Positions 37,681 to 49,116 of a stretch of 64,000 nt of DNA are shown here, one piece after another; the first letter of the stretch is position 1; the number at the start of each line of letters is the position of its first letter. A program made the translations under genes and the position numbers. Source of the DNA: a bacterium (lineage in GTDB: Bacteria; Patescibacteriota; Patescibacteriia; JACQRZ01); contig JAUYIE010000003.1 of NCBI GenBank assembly GCA_030688365.1, forward strand, positions 30,417 to 94,416, written 5' to 3'. The notes under the pieces are model-generated. The model was given only the letters and a program-made list of their open reading frames with translations, was not told the DNA's origin and did not search any database.

Positions 37681-38919
37681 TCAGCGTTGTGAATGTTTCA
37701 ATGCGAGAGCATCAACGATCTTTTTTATTGCTACAATATATGCTGCCTCTCTTAGTGAAGTATTATGTTGAACAGATACATTCCATACGTCCTCAAACGC
37801 ATCAAAAAGTAGTGAGTCCAGACGATGGTGCACATCGTCTTCGCTCCAGTATTGTTGTGTCTTATTTTGTACCCACTCAAAATATGAAACGATAACACCC
37901 CCTGCATTTGCCAACACGTCAGGAACGACCATGACATCATTGTGAGCTAACACAGCATCGGCAGTATTTGATACAGGACCATTTGCAAGTTCAATGATTA
38001 CAGATGCTTTTATATTTGAAACATTATCGTCGTTGATAGCATTTTCCAAAGCTGCAGGAATGAGAACAGATACGGGCAATGATAACAATTCATCATTTTT
38101 GAGATCTCTCGCATCTGGAAAACCAGATAAACCGTTTGTTTGTTGCTTATATACATGAGCCGCAGATACATCCAATCCTTCTTCGTTATAAATCGCAGAA
38201 CGTGAGTCAGACAATGCTACTACTTTATATCCTAAATCTTGAATAAGACGCGCACCGTGATACCCCACATTGCCAAATCCTTGGATCGCAACGGTTGTCT
38301 CTTGAGGTGTCCAATTTTTTTTCTTAGCTAAATAACGAAGTATATTGGCACCACCCTGTCCCGTAGCAGCTTCCCTTCCAAGAGAGCCACCCAATGCAAG
38401 TGGTTTACCTGTAAACGCCCCTGGCAATTTATGTCGTGCAATGTTCTCATATTCGTCTAACATCCATGCCATAATCTGCTCGTTTGTATTGACGTCCGGC
38501 GCTGGAATATCTTGATCTGGACCTATGAGATCATACATTGCTTTACTGTAACCACGAGACAGTCGTTCAAGCTCGCCCTGCGACAATCGTTTGGGATCTA
38601 CTGTTATACCTCCTTTTGCGCCACCCAAAGGAATGTTGGCAACCGCACATTTTATAGTCATCCATAGCGCTAGTGCATTCACTTCGTTTTCATCTACTTT
38701 AGGATGAAAACGCACTCCTCCTTTATATGGACCACGCGCATTGTTATATTGTGTCCGATACCCCTGAAAAATCTGCACAGTACCATCATCCATTTGTACT
38801 GGTATTGAAACGTGAATACGTTTATCGGGAACGGACAGACGAGCGATCATATCAGGATCAATCATAACACTCGTGCCTGCCTTTTTTATCTGTGATAGTG
38901 CCGATTCAAATATATTCAT
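37681..38919 (-). CDS. gdhA: Glu/Leu/Phe/Val-family amino-acid dehydrogenase, probably glutamate dehydrogenase.
   Basis: KGGVRFHP and LGGAKGG motifs. NAD(P) Rossmann GFGNVG. 412 aa. Confidence 0.8.
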   Translation of the reverse strand: MNIFESALSQIKKAGTSVMIDPDMIARLSVPDKRIHVSIPVQMDDGTVQIFQGYRTQYNNARGPYKGGVRFHPKVDENEVNALALWMTIKCAVANIPLGGAKGGITVDPKRLSQGELERLSRGYSKAMYDLIGPDQDIPAPDVNTNEQIMAWMLDEYENIARHKLPGAFTGKPLALGGSLGREAATGQGGANILRYLAKKKNWTPQETTVAIQGFGNVGYHGARLIQDLGYKVVALSDSRSAIYNEEGLDVSAAHVYKQQTNGLSGFPDARDLKNDELLSLPVSVLIPAALENAINDDNVSNIKASVIIELANGPVSNTADAVLAHNDVMVVPDVLANAGGVIVSYFEWVQNKTQQYWSEDDVHHRLDSLLFDAFEDVWNVSVQHNTSLREAAYIVAIKKIVDALALKHSQR

Positions 38920-38950
38920 AAAAACAATGACCTTTTGAGAGAATTATTCA

Positions 38951-39934
38951 TTAATATCCAAAGCCAACGGCATCTTTGACTTTTTTCATCGTCGCCTCTG
39001 CTTGTACACGCGCATCTTTTGCTCCTTGTTTTAACACAGTCTGCAAAAATTGGCGATCCGTCAAATATTGACTAAACTTTTTTTGAAATGGCTGAAGAAA
39101 TTGTATCAATACTTCTGTCAAATTTTCTTTAAACTCCTTGTATCCTTTTCCTTCATAGCGTGCCTCTATATCCTCTACAGAATCATTAGAAAAAAGATGA
39201 TAGATCTCAATCAGATTGGTTAGTGCCGGCTTATCCTTCCCTGTCTTTACACCACCTTGAGTATCGGTTACCGCACGCTGAATTTTCTTTTTTATTACAT
39301 CAGGTGTATCTGTCAGCGATATATAATTCAGCTCACTTGAGGCGCTCTTGCTCATCTTTTTTAGCGGATCATCAAGACCCATAATACGACCACCTGTTTT
39401 TGGAATAAACATTTCAGGCATCTTAAATGTTTTGCCATATTGTGTATTAAATCTACGAGCCAATTCACGTGTCAACTCAACGTGTTGTTTTTGATCCTCT
39501 CCAACCGGCACAAGATCCACATCATAAAGCAAGATATCAGACGCCATCAGCACAGGGTAATCAAATAATCCGACGTTAATATTTTCAGGATGAGATTGAG
39601 ATTTATCTTTAAATTGATGCATCAATTTAAGCTCTGACATGCGTGCAATCGTATTGAGCACCCAACATAATTCTGCATGTTCTTTCACATCCGACTGAAC
39701 AAATATTATGCTTTTTTTAGGATCAATACCCAATGCCAAATAAAGAGCCGCAGTACGCATAATATTTTCCCGCAATTCGTGTGGATCTTGGACAAGCGTC
39801 AATGCGTGCAGATCAACAACCATAAACAAACATTCATGATCATCTTGCCACTGGACCCATTGTTTCAACGCGCCTATATAGTTACCAATATGCATGACTC
39901 CCGTTGGTTGTGCACCGGAAAGTATTTTTTTCAT
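38951..39934 (-). CDS. trpS: Tryptophanyl-tRNA synthetase.
   Basis: The N-terminal SGAQPTGVMHIGNYIGA is HIGH-like. KMSKS is present. 327 aa. Confidence 0.85.
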   Translation of the reverse strand: MKKILSGAQPTGVMHIGNYIGALKQWVQWQDDHECLFMVVDLHALTLVQDPHELRENIMRTAALYLALGIDPKKSIIFVQSDVKEHAELCWVLNTIARMSELKLMHQFKDKSQSHPENINVGLFDYPVLMASDILLYDVDLVPVGEDQKQHVELTRELARRFNTQYGKTFKMPEMFIPKTGGRIMGLDDPLKKMSKSASSELNYISLTDTPDVIKKKIQRAVTDTQGGVKTGKDKPALTNLIEIYHLFSNDSVEDIEARYEGKGYKEFKENLTEVLIQFLQPFQKKFSQYLTDRQFLQTVLKQGAKDARVQAEATMKKVKDAVGFGY

Positions 39935-39938
39935 ATGA

Positions 39939-41735
39939 TTATACTTGCATTATGACCGGTAAAATCATTGGCTTACGTTCTGTTTTTTTAAACAAGAACT
40001 CGCCGATCTCATCTCGTATCCGACCACGTAAATTCGTCCATCCTTGCTGTTCCTTTACATTATAGTTTTCAATCAGCGTTAATGCCATAGCTTTTACTTC
40101 CTTTATCAACTCTTCAGCATTTTTAACATAAATGAATCCACGAGAAAGAATATCAGGTTGTCCGGTGAGTTTGCCAGTCTTGCGATTCACTGCGGCAATA
40201 ATCACTACCATACCATCTTGCGCCATGACTTGCCTATCACGCAACACTACACTACCAACATCACCGATACCCAAACCATCTACCAATATATCTTCCAATT
40301 CTAAAGATTCTTTTAAGACTCGTACATCTTGGTGTTTGTTAAATTCAACAATACTGCCATTTTTTAGAATCAGAACATTTTCTTTGGCAAAACCTAGTTC
40401 CATTGCAGTTTCAGCATGTTGTACCAAGTGATGCCGTTCGCCGTGTATTGGCATAAAGTACTTTGGCTTTACCAGTTGGAGCATAAGCTTCTGCTCTTCT
40501 TGTTGTGCATGGCCTGATGAGTGAATATCAAGTAATTTGTTATATACCACTTTTGCACCGTATCCCAACAATAAATCCATCAATGTTGCTACCGACCGTT
40601 CGTTTCCTGGAATAGGTGAAGACGAGAGTACGATCGTGTCATTTGCATTGATTTTGATCTGCTTATGTTCCCCATGCGCCATCCTACCCAGAGCCGATGA
40701 GTCTTGTCCTTGACTGCCGGTAGATAAAATAGTGATCTTATTTTCCGGATAGTTATCTATTTGGTTGAGTTTAATAAACGCACCTTTCGGCACTTTCAAA
40801 AACCCCAACTCTGCCGCAGTCGTTATGGCTTTTTCCATACTCATACCAGTCACGGCAATCTTTCTTCCCAAATCATGTGACGCGTTTATCACCTGTTGAA
40901 GACGACTGATCAATGTAGAAAACGTTGCAACGACAATACGTCCTTTTGCTTTTGAAAACAAAAGTTCAATTGTTTCCTGAAGCTTTCTTTCAGAGATAGA
41001 GTATCCGGGCTTCTCGGAGTTTGTACTATCAGAACACAGCAACATCACCCCTTCTTGACCCAGACGAGCAATCTTTCCAAACTCCGTAGGACGTTCATCT
41101 TGCGGGGTATGATCAAACTTCCAATCCCCCGTATCAATGATAGTACCTACTGGCGTTTTGATCGCAACGCCTACACCATCGGGGATATTGTGATTTACTC
41201 TGAAGAACGTCAACTTAAAAATACCGAGTTGTAGTGTATCATCAGCACCCACCTCAATCAGTTTCACTACTTTATTAAGATTAAACTCCTCCAAACGATC
41301 GCGGATGATTCCAAGTGTCAAACGTGTACCATATACCGGTGGCATACCCAGACGTTTGATAAGGTATGGGATAGCTCCCATGTGATCCATGTGTCCATGA
41401 GTGATAAAAATCCCGCGAATTTTATGCTTATTTTCTTGCAGATATGTCGTATCTGCTAATACATAATCGATTCCCGGCATATCTTCACGAGGAAACATAA
41501 ATCCCAAATCCATCACTACAATATCGTTGCCATATTCAATACAAAGAGTGTTCCGACCAATTTCTTCTAAACCGCCTAACGGAATAATACGTAAAAGTGG
41601 TTCACCCGAAGATCCCTTCTTGTGCAGAGTTGCACGTTGCTGTGGTACGCGAATGCTCTTGCGAGGAGCCATCATGTCGCGTGGCATTGCTCGCCTCATA
41701 GGTCGAGGCTTACGAAGTACATGTTCATTTTCCAT
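39939..41735 (-). CDS. rnj: Ribonuclease J (metallo-beta-lactamase/beta-CASP) with a basic N-terminal extension.
   Basis: HxHxDH motif ITHGHMDHMG. beta-CASP region. 598 aa. Confidence 0.85.
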   Translation of the reverse strand: MENEHVLRKPRPMRRAMPRDMMAPRKSIRVPQQRATLHKKGSSGEPLLRIIPLGGLEEIGRNTLCIEYGNDIVVMDLGFMFPREDMPGIDYVLADTTYLQENKHKIRGIFITHGHMDHMGAIPYLIKRLGMPPVYGTRLTLGIIRDRLEEFNLNKVVKLIEVGADDTLQLGIFKLTFFRVNHNIPDGVGVAIKTPVGTIIDTGDWKFDHTPQDERPTEFGKIARLGQEGVMLLCSDSTNSEKPGYSISERKLQETIELLFSKAKGRIVVATFSTLISRLQQVINASHDLGRKIAVTGMSMEKAITTAAELGFLKVPKGAFIKLNQIDNYPENKITILSTGSQGQDSSALGRMAHGEHKQIKINANDTIVLSSSPIPGNERSVATLMDLLLGYGAKVVYNKLLDIHSSGHAQQEEQKLMLQLVKPKYFMPIHGERHHLVQHAETAMELGFAKENVLILKNGSIVEFNKHQDVRVLKESLELEDILVDGLGIGDVGSVVLRDRQVMAQDGMVVIIAAVNRKTGKLTGQPDILSRGFIYVKNAEELIKEVKAMALTLIENYNVKEQQGWTNLRGRIRDEIGEFLFKKTERKPMILPVIMQV

Positions 41736-41786
41736 GAAACTAGCGCTTAAGAATTAAAAAATAAAATTTTTATTGTTATCACAACA

Positions 41787-41873
41787 TGGTGCCGAAGGAG
41801 GGACTCGAACCCTCACGAGATTGCTCCCACAGCGCTCTGAACGCTGCGTGTCTACCAATTCCACCACTTCGGC
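41787..41873 (-). tRNA. tRNA-Leu (CAG), class II, 87 nt.
   Basis: Minus strand: GCCGAAG-TG-GTGGAATTGGTAGACACG-CAGCG/TTCAGAG/CGCTG-long variable arm-GGGTTCGAGTCCCTC-CTTCGGC-A-CCA. Confidence 0.8.
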
Positions 41874-41889
41874 GTGCGTCTTACGTCAT

Positions 41890-43764
41890 CTATTTCCAAA
41901 TACGTCGTGTTTTAACATGCCAGGATGGGATGTCGTTAAAACGATCAGAAGGGTCAACAATGTGTTTTTCATCAGCAATACCTTGCACCTTTTTTGATAC
42001 GACATAATTATAATTAGGATTATAGAGAAATACAGCCGGCGCTTCTTCAGCAAGGATATCCTGAAATTTAATATACATTTCGGCTCGTTTGTCTGGGTCG
42101 GAAATCTGTCGCGCATCCACTAATAGTTTATCAGCGGTCGGATTATTAAAAACTGCAAGATTCAATCCGGGTGGTCGAGACTGTGATGAGTGCCAAAACG
42201 GATATAAATCCGGATCAGAACCGATGATCTCGCCATAAAGAAACGCATCATAATCTCGTGAATCAATAATATCTGATTTGACCCGCGAAGGATCAACCAA
42301 TCGTACTTCAACATCTACACCAGAGGCATCCCACCCTTCTTTTACGATTTGAGCTGCCTTAGCACTTTCCTGCTGATTCACTGTGACCAATACAATATGC
42401 AACAAATGTTGCTGTATCTCAACTCTCTCTTTTGGCACTTCCTTTTTGTCTCGTTGTGCAGCCGCAATCTCTTCAGTAGTAGGAGTCACCGTTACCTTCT
42501 CTTCCTGATACCACTTGCCTTCATCATTTTTTTTCCATCCTGCTGCAGAAAGCAAATCCATGGCCTTAGTCAGATCAAATGGGTATGTTTTAACACCATC
42601 ATTGTAACCCAAAAAACCTTTTAAAATTGGCGCAGAAATCACCTCACCTTCCCCATTGAGTACTTCCCGAACTATGCGGTCCTTATCAATCGAAAGAGCG
42701 AGTGCTTGCCGAATCGCCTTCGTCTTCAAATCAGCATTTGCAGTCTGATTAAAAAATATAGAAGTATACTGCGGTAGATTAAATGTATAGTAGGCCAGAT
42801 CAGTTTCCTTTTCCAAATTGGCACGAAGGTCACGAGGGAGGAAACTAATCCCGTCCACTTTACGGTTTTTTAATGCCTGTACTGCGGAATCTATGTCAGG
42901 ATAAAACTTAAAAGTCACAGCATTTAAATATGGCTTTGATCCATAATATGTATCATTTTTTTCAACAATATACGAACGAATATCTCCACTGCCACCTTTT
43001 TGTAGTGTCTTAAATTTCCAGGCACCCGTTCCAATGGGTTTAGTATTTTGTGGAACATTGCTAAAATTTTCCGATGCAACGTCTGCCCACACGTGTTGAG
43101 GAAGCACTCCTATCGTAGTCAGATTAAGAAAAGGAGCATAGGGCTTTGGTAGTCCCAACTGTATTGTATAATCGTCAACTTTATTTATTTTAACATCGCG
43201 AAAGCTAAGATACAACGGACTCTTTGTAGCCGGGTCCTGAATCCGTGAAATAGTAAATGCAACATCATCTGCGGTAAATGGTTCACCATCATGCCACTGT
43301 ACATCATGACGAAGATAAAATGTATAGGTCTTACTGTCACTAGAAAGTTCGTACCGCTCTGCCAAATCAGGCATAACAGTACGATTGTCATCATATTTTG
43401 TCAATCCTGAATACACCAATTTCGCAATATCACGATCAACATCGTTACTTTGTAAAAATAATGGATTTATATATTGAGGAGATCCAACCAACCCTTCCGT
43501 ATACCCACCTCCATCCTTTGCAACGGCTACTGTATGTGTTTCATAATATTTCCACGACAGAAAAAAAACATTAGCAACGAGCAGTATAACAACGCCACGT
43601 AATAACCACATCTGTAGCGGGGGTAATACTCTCCCGATATATTTAAACTGTTTGAGATTAGGAATCTTTTTTCCTGCGACAGTTGAATACACCAATTTTT
43701 TTTCTATCTTTTTGTGTGCGTCGCCTGATCGTGTACGCCACGCTTGAGGTGAATGATAACGCAT
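41890..43764 (-). CDS. Membrane-anchored family-5 extracellular solute-binding protein (OppA/DppA-like peptide-binding).
   Basis: 624 aa with an N-terminal TM anchor. SBP_bac_5-like segments, for example TFYLRHDVQWHDGEPFTADDVAFTISRIQDP. Confidence 0.55.
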   Translation of the reverse strand: MRYHSPQAWRTRSGDAHKKIEKKLVYSTVAGKKIPNLKQFKYIGRVLPPLQMWLLRGVVILLVANVFFLSWKYYETHTVAVAKDGGGYTEGLVGSPQYINPLFLQSNDVDRDIAKLVYSGLTKYDDNRTVMPDLAERYELSSDSKTYTFYLRHDVQWHDGEPFTADDVAFTISRIQDPATKSPLYLSFRDVKINKVDDYTIQLGLPKPYAPFLNLTTIGVLPQHVWADVASENFSNVPQNTKPIGTGAWKFKTLQKGGSGDIRSYIVEKNDTYYGSKPYLNAVTFKFYPDIDSAVQALKNRKVDGISFLPRDLRANLEKETDLAYYTFNLPQYTSIFFNQTANADLKTKAIRQALALSIDKDRIVREVLNGEGEVISAPILKGFLGYNDGVKTYPFDLTKAMDLLSAAGWKKNDEGKWYQEEKVTVTPTTEEIAAAQRDKKEVPKERVEIQQHLLHIVLVTVNQQESAKAAQIVKEGWDASGVDVEVRLVDPSRVKSDIIDSRDYDAFLYGEIIGSDPDLYPFWHSSQSRPPGLNLAVFNNPTADKLLVDARQISDPDKRAEMYIKFQDILAEEAPAVFLYNPNYNYVVSKKVQGIADEKHIVDPSDRFNDIPSWHVKTRRIWK

Positions 43765-43802
43765 AAGTTAAAATAAGGGCGTCAAATGGAGCACCCGGTA
43801 CG

Positions 43803-44033
43803 CTACTTGGTCAAAACTGGAACTATTAAGATCGCAAGAGCGGAACCAATAAAAACAACTGCTAACGCAATACTCAATCGAAACAATAATTTCTCTACTC
43901 CTCGTTTAGTCCGGTATACGTTGCCTTCTCCACCAAAAACACCAGACAAACCAGTGCCTCGTTGTTGAGTCAAAATGGTAACAATAAGCAAAATTGCGGA
44001 TACCGCATTTGTAATCGTTAACGTATATTGCAT
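43803..44033 (-). CDS. secG: Preprotein translocase subunit SecG.
   Basis: 76 aa with two TM segments flanking the Gly-rich loop QQRGTGLSGVFGGEG. Confidence 0.6.
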   Translation of the reverse strand: MQYTLTITNAVSAILLIVTILTQQRGTGLSGVFGGEGNVYRTKRGVEKLLFRLSIALAVVFIGSALAILIVPVLTK

Positions 44034-44142
44034 ACAAGATCAGGAAAAATGATGTATATACTGTATAATATCTCAAAAAAAATGTCAAACGACTCTCTTT
44101 TTCATACCATTCTGTTATACTAACTGATGATCACTATCCTTT

Positions 44143-44883
44143 ATGCCAAATACACCCATAAACTCCTTACCCCCTACTCGCGTTTCTCCGCTTTATTTTA
44201 TTATTGTTTTATTAACGATCTCTATTGTTGCTGTGATTACTTATTTTGTAACATCTGAACAAAACACTATGCAGTCAACCACACCGGATACCTTACAATT
44301 TAGTACATTAGCAGGAGCACAAAAACAAAACGGTCTTGATTTAATTAATCCATCGGTTTTGCTTAACAATACCAACTCTCCAGCAGTGGGTGCAACTGCC
44401 TCTGAAGCAAAAGTAACAGTGGTAGAATTTTTAGATTTTCAATGTCCATACTGTCAAGTGAGCGCAAGTATGGTCAAACAGCTTATCGCTCGCTATCAAG
44501 GAAAGAAGGTGCGCTTTATATTTCGCAATCTTCCATTACAAAGTTTACACCCCTATGCGGTGACAGCGGCACATGCCTCACTATGTGCAAATGCTCAAGG
44601 AAAATTTCTTCCTATGTATGACGTGCTATATACACATCAGTCTGAAATCAATCCTGAAAATCTCTACACATTTGCTCGCGATTCCAATCTGAACATGAGT
44701 ACATTTTCTAAATGTATGGTAGCTGGATCATATCAAACTCAAATACAAAAAGATTTTTCTGATGGTGTCGCTCTTGGCGCACAAGGAACACCGACATGGT
44801 TTATTAATGGAAAAATGTTTGAGGGGGCATTATCTCTTGAGACGATGTCTGCCATTATTGACGCGACACTGGCTACACCATAA
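44143..44883 (+). CDS. Membrane-anchored DsbA-like thiol-disulfide oxidoreductase.
   Basis: N-terminal TM segment. Thioredoxin-fold CxxC site FLDFQCPYCQ. 246 aa. Confidence 0.7.
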   Translation: MPNTPINSLPPTRVSPLYFIIVLLTISIVAVITYFVTSEQNTMQSTTPDTLQFSTLAGAQKQNGLDLINPSVLLNNTNSPAVGATASEAKVTVVEFLDFQCPYCQVSASMVKQLIARYQGKKVRFIFRNLPLQSLHPYAVTAAHASLCANAQGKFLPMYDVLYTHQSEINPENLYTFARDSNLNMSTFSKCMVAGSYQTQIQKDFSDGVALGAQGTPTWFINGKMFEGALSLETMSAIIDATLATP

Positions 44884-44885
44884 CA

Positions 44886-45662
44886 CTACTGAACGTGTAC
44901 TGGTGTTCCGACCTGTGCCCATTCATATAATCGTTCCATATCCTTGTATGCAACATTGACACAGCCATGAGAAACATTTTTTATTCCAAATAGATTGTGC
45001 CAATATGCACCGTGAATAAAATACCCCCAACCATTGTATATAGTAAATTTCAAATTCCATTTCGTGTTGGGTAAATCATAGCCAGGACCGCCATAGTGTA
45101 CGACCGGTTTTTTTTGTAATATTTTAAAATCTCCACGAGGGGTTGGATAGCCACGCACCCCTGTTGAAACTAAGATCGTGTCCAGCAAAGCTCCATCTTG
45201 AAAATATTGCAATTGAAACTTTTTTATATCAACTCTGATCTGTTTTTTTACCGGTGTTTTGTCTGCGCGTATCGGTGAATATCCATCAGTTACTTCTTGT
45301 CCATCTTTGATACCGTCTCCATCAGTATCGGGATTCATAAGATCGCTACCCAATTTGATTTCCCATGCGTCATTGAGTCCATCTTTATCTGCATCTAACC
45401 ACACGAGTGGATATGCCTTATCGTTAATTGGTGAATAACCATTCTCTATTTCATGCCCATCAAAATATCCATCAAAATCTGTATCCGCATTCATCGGGTT
45501 TGAGTGATATACATGCAATTCACTCCAATCCGTCAGTCCGTCTGCATCACTGTCAACAAAAGTGTTGTTCATAACCTCTTGGCCATAGATTGACGTACCG
45601 GGCATCATCAAAAAAAAGATACCACATGCTGTAAAAAGTTTTATCACAAAAGTGAATTTCAT
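44886..45662 (-). CDS. L,D-transpeptidase (YkuD fold) with N-terminal thrombospondin type 3-like Ca-binding repeats.
   Basis: Catalytic HGC...N (FIHGAYWHNLFGIKNVSHGCVNV). There are four DxDxDG-like repeats: DSDADGLTD, DTDFDGYFD, DADKDGLND and DTDGDGIKD. Signal peptide present. Confidence 0.75.
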   Translation of the reverse strand: MKFTFVIKLFTACGIFFLMMPGTSIYGQEVMNNTFVDSDADGLTDWSELHVYHSNPMNADTDFDGYFDGHEIENGYSPINDKAYPLVWLDADKDGLNDAWEIKLGSDLMNPDTDGDGIKDGQEVTDGYSPIRADKTPVKKQIRVDIKKFQLQYFQDGALLDTILVSTGVRGYPTPRGDFKILQKKPVVHYGGPGYDLPNTKWNLKFTIYNGWGYFIHGAYWHNLFGIKNVSHGCVNVAYKDMERLYEWAQVGTPVHVQ

Positions 45663-45775
45663 ATATACACACTATATCATAATTTCTTGACTATGGAGAC
45701 TTGTCTACTTCTTTCTTGGCATGATTACTGTTACTCTTTACGTTTTTCAAAAAGAAGTGTATACTTGCATATTAC

Positions 45776-48649
45776 TTGACTAGAATTTTTCGTATGCTCA
45801 ATAAAATCATCATCAGAGGCGCGCGCGTACACAATTTACAAAATGTTGATTTAGACATTTTACACAATACTCTTGTAGTTTTTACAGGACTTTCAGGTTC
45901 TGGAAAGTCATCACTTGCATTTGATACGATCTACGCGGAAGGACAACGTCGGTTCATGGAAAGTCTCTCTAGTTTTACAAAACAATTCATGGATCATCTT
46001 GACAAGCCCGATGTGGACCAAATCGATGGTCTCCCCCCGACGATTGCTATTGATCAACATACATCAGTTGCGTCACCACGTTCCACCGTGGGTACGGCAA
46101 CGGAAATGTATGACTACTTACGATTACTCTTTGCACGCATCGGTACTCCACACTGCCCTGATTGTCGCAGACCGATCCTGCGATATTCAATGCAAGAAAT
46201 CGTTGAACGTGTCATCGAGATCATGAAAACAAAACCAACAGAAACTTTATTCCTTGCACCGTTACCAAAACAAGACAAGATCCACCTTAATAAACTGATT
46301 GATGAACTAGAACGACTTGGATATCAACACGTGCGCGTAGATAAACTCTCTTATTCTTTGCGCGAACTTGCTGATGCCCGAATCAACGGAGATCACACTC
46401 ACAACATTGAAATCGTCGTTGATAAGATTGAAAAAGGCGAACTAGAATACGTTGATTCTCAACGTGTCGTACGAGCCATAAAAAACGCAATGGAGCTTGG
46501 CGATGGCACGATTACTATATTACTTTCTGATGAAAAAAAGGAACACACATTTACTCGCAACCTTACGTGTCCTGATTGTTCTATCACCATTGATGAGCTT
46601 GAACCCAGCCACTTTTCATTTAACAGCCCACAAGGTGCCTGTTCTGCCTGCACGGGACTTGGCTATCTTTTAAAATTTGATCCTGAACTTTTGATCCCTA
46701 ACAAAAAACTTACTATAGCTCAAGGTGCTATTCAACCTCTGACAAAAATATTTGCAAATAACACACATTTGACCGAGAGCATTGCTGACGCAGGTAAGCG
46801 ACATGATTTTTCTCTTGACACAGCGCTACAAGATTTTACCGACAAGCAACTGAAAATACTTTTTGACGGCGAAGGGAGTAGGAAAAAACGTAAGGAAGGT
46901 GATTTTGGGGGTATCATCGCGTATCTTGAAGAACGGTACCGTGATACAGATTCCGAATATCTACAGAAAGAGCTGGAAGACTATATGCGTATTTTCCCTT
47001 GTGTTGACTGTGAGGGTAGACGGCTCAAACCCGAAGCACTCGCTGTTACTGTCGCCGGATATTCAATTGATCAAATCGTACGACTCTCTCTTGGACAACT
47101 GATTGATCTTTTTCGTGGACTTGATGGCGATAAAAATGAAACATCATTTGAACCACTTGATGAACAGCAGATGCCGATTGCCAAACCTATTATTAAGGAA
47201 ATGCTAAAACGCGCATCGTCTTTAGGTAACGTCGGGCTAGGGTATCTGATACTTGACAGAAGTATGACGACGCTTTCCGGCGGTGAAGCGCAACGCATCA
47301 AACTGGCCAACCATATCAGCTCTTCTTTAGTCGGTGTTGTATATGTACTTGATGAACCGTCTATCGGTCTTCATCCAAAGGATACTGAACAGCTCATTGA
47401 AACGTTACGCACACTGCGTGATGCCGGTAATACAGTCATTGTCGTGGAACATGATACACATATTATTAAATCCGCAGAATATGTTGTGGATGTCGGTCCT
47501 GGTGCGGGTAAGAATGGCGGGCGCATCATCGCCGCAACCACTCCTCAAGAGTTAATGAAAAACAAACACTCATTGACCGGTCAATATTTGAGTGGTGTAA
47601 AAATGATCACTGCCCCCAAGCAACATCACAAAGGAACGGGCAACTTTATACAGATACGTGGTGCGTCAGAGTTTAATTTAAAAAATATTGACGTCAGTAT
47701 TCCGTTAGGCAAACTCGTATGTGTCACCGGACTTTCTGGATCAGGGAAATCAACGTTAGTGATTGAAATACTTTCCAAAGCATTGCGAAAAAAGTTTTAC
47801 CGTGCCAAAGATGACGCAGGTGCACATCAAGAAATCCTGGGTCTTGAACATATTGATAAAATTATTGATATTGATCAATCAGCAATCGGACGCACGCCAC
47901 GATCCAACCCCGCAACATATACAAATATCTTCACGCCGATCCGCGAACTCTTTACCGAGTTGCCCGAAGCACGCATCAAAGGATTCAAACCTGGGCATTT
48001 CAGTTTCAACGTCAAAGGCGGACGATGCGAGACGTGTCAAGGAGAAGGATCGGTACGTATTGATATGCGCTTTCTTTCCGATGTGTATGTAGAATGTCGC
48101 GACTGTCACGGACAACGATACAATCGTGACGCGCTTGAAGTACACTTTGAAGGACAATCTATCGCGGATGTGCTCAAAATGACTGTAGACGAAGCAATGG
48201 AATTTTTTGCCAAGCAAACAGCAATCCACGACAAGCTCAAAACACTTTCAGAAGTCGGCTTGGGATATGTGCAACTCGGACAGCCGGCAAATACGCTTTC
48301 CGGCGGAGAAGCGCAACGCATCAAGCTCGCCTCCGAACTTTCACGACGATCCACCGGCAAGACACTCTATATTTTGGATGAGCCCACCACCGGACTTCAC
48401 TTTGAAGATATCAAACGCTTGCTTCATATCCTTTCGCAACTTGTTGAAAAAGGAAACACCGTGCTCATCATTGAACACAATGTGGATGTTATAAAGACTG
48501 CTGATTGGGTGATTGATCTCGGACCTGAAGGTGGTGAAAAAGGTGGATATATTGTCGGCGAAGGTACGCCGGAAGATATCGCAAACATCAAACATAGCTG
48601 GACCGGGAAGTATTTGAAGGAGGCGATGAATCTAAATCCTACGAAATAA
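45776..48649 (+). CDS. uvrA: Excinuclease ABC subunit A.
   Basis: Two ABC ATPase modules (GLSGSGKSS twice, LSGGEAQR twice, and the Walker B sites VLDEPS and ILDEPT) and zinc-finger Cys clusters. 957 aa. Confidence 0.95.
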   Translation: MTRIFRMLNKIIIRGARVHNLQNVDLDILHNTLVVFTGLSGSGKSSLAFDTIYAEGQRRFMESLSSFTKQFMDHLDKPDVDQIDGLPPTIAIDQHTSVASPRSTVGTATEMYDYLRLLFARIGTPHCPDCRRPILRYSMQEIVERVIEIMKTKPTETLFLAPLPKQDKIHLNKLIDELERLGYQHVRVDKLSYSLRELADARINGDHTHNIEIVVDKIEKGELEYVDSQRVVRAIKNAMELGDGTITILLSDEKKEHTFTRNLTCPDCSITIDELEPSHFSFNSPQGACSACTGLGYLLKFDPELLIPNKKLTIAQGAIQPLTKIFANNTHLTESIADAGKRHDFSLDTALQDFTDKQLKILFDGEGSRKKRKEGDFGGIIAYLEERYRDTDSEYLQKELEDYMRIFPCVDCEGRRLKPEALAVTVAGYSIDQIVRLSLGQLIDLFRGLDGDKNETSFEPLDEQQMPIAKPIIKEMLKRASSLGNVGLGYLILDRSMTTLSGGEAQRIKLANHISSSLVGVVYVLDEPSIGLHPKDTEQLIETLRTLRDAGNTVIVVEHDTHIIKSAEYVVDVGPGAGKNGGRIIAATTPQELMKNKHSLTGQYLSGVKMITAPKQHHKGTGNFIQIRGASEFNLKNIDVSIPLGKLVCVTGLSGSGKSTLVIEILSKALRKKFYRAKDDAGAHQEILGLEHIDKIIDIDQSAIGRTPRSNPATYTNIFTPIRELFTELPEARIKGFKPGHFSFNVKGGRCETCQGEGSVRIDMRFLSDVYVECRDCHGQRYNRDALEVHFEGQSIADVLKMTVDEAMEFFAKQTAIHDKLKTLSEVGLGYVQLGQPANTLSGGEAQRIKLASELSRRSTGKTLYILDEPTTGLHFEDIKRLLHILSQLVEKGNTVLIIEHNVDVIKTADWVIDLGPEGGEKGGYIVGEGTPEDIANIKHSWTGKYLKEAMNLNPTK

Positions 48650-48829
48650 AGTGTTTGTTGTGCCCAAAACTTCTTGCTCTGAAAAAAAATCTAAATCTTC
48701 CGAATACCGGTGATGAAGAGAATACGCCACCAAAGCAGTACCTCCCGTAAGGTAAAAATTATTTTTTATATACTCTTGACCCGCGAGGAATTCAAGGGCA
48801 CGTAGTTGTCGTTCGGAAAGTATTTGCAT
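48632..48829 (-). pseudogene. Short 65 aa ORF carrying the N-terminal signature of DUF1814/AbiEii-type nucleotidyltransferases. It looks like a gene remnant whose distal part is replaced by the 3' end of uvrA.
   Basis: YLTGGTALVAYSLHHRYSEDLDFF matches the GGTAL...R.SxDxD signature of the NTase. The ORF overlaps the last 18 nt of uvrA. The family is normally 250-300 aa. Confidence 0.3.
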
Positions 48830-49023
48830 TACGAAGCAAGTAAAAAAGAAAGAAACGCTTTACGGCCGGGGTCAATTGCAAGAGTATCAAAATATTTTTT
48901 CAAAAGGTTTTTATCAAGCTTCTGGTCAGACAAACCAAAACTCACCATCTGTTCCAATTTCCAGATGGCGTAGTTTTCCGTATTTTTCTTCAGTTCAGTT
49001 GTGTCGGTTGACCAATTATACAT
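48829..49023 (-). CDS. Small hypothetical 64 aa ORF immediately upstream of the NTase-like fragment, with a 1 nt overlap.
   Basis: ORF only. Confidence 0.2.
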   Translation of the reverse strand: MYNWSTDTTELKKNTENYAIWKLEQMVSFGLSDQKLDKNLLKKYFDTLAIDPGRKAFLSFLLAS

Positions 49024-49116
49024 AATTGAATATTAGCATATTTGCGAGCTTTTGTCCAGTTTGCAACCATGGCAAAACATTGCTACACTTGAAGCACGAA
49101 AATAACCTTTTGGTCT

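Noticed and set aside
49024-49116. T-box leader upstream of leuS
   Set aside because: Only about 90 nt of leader are available and no specifier or T-box consensus is visible.
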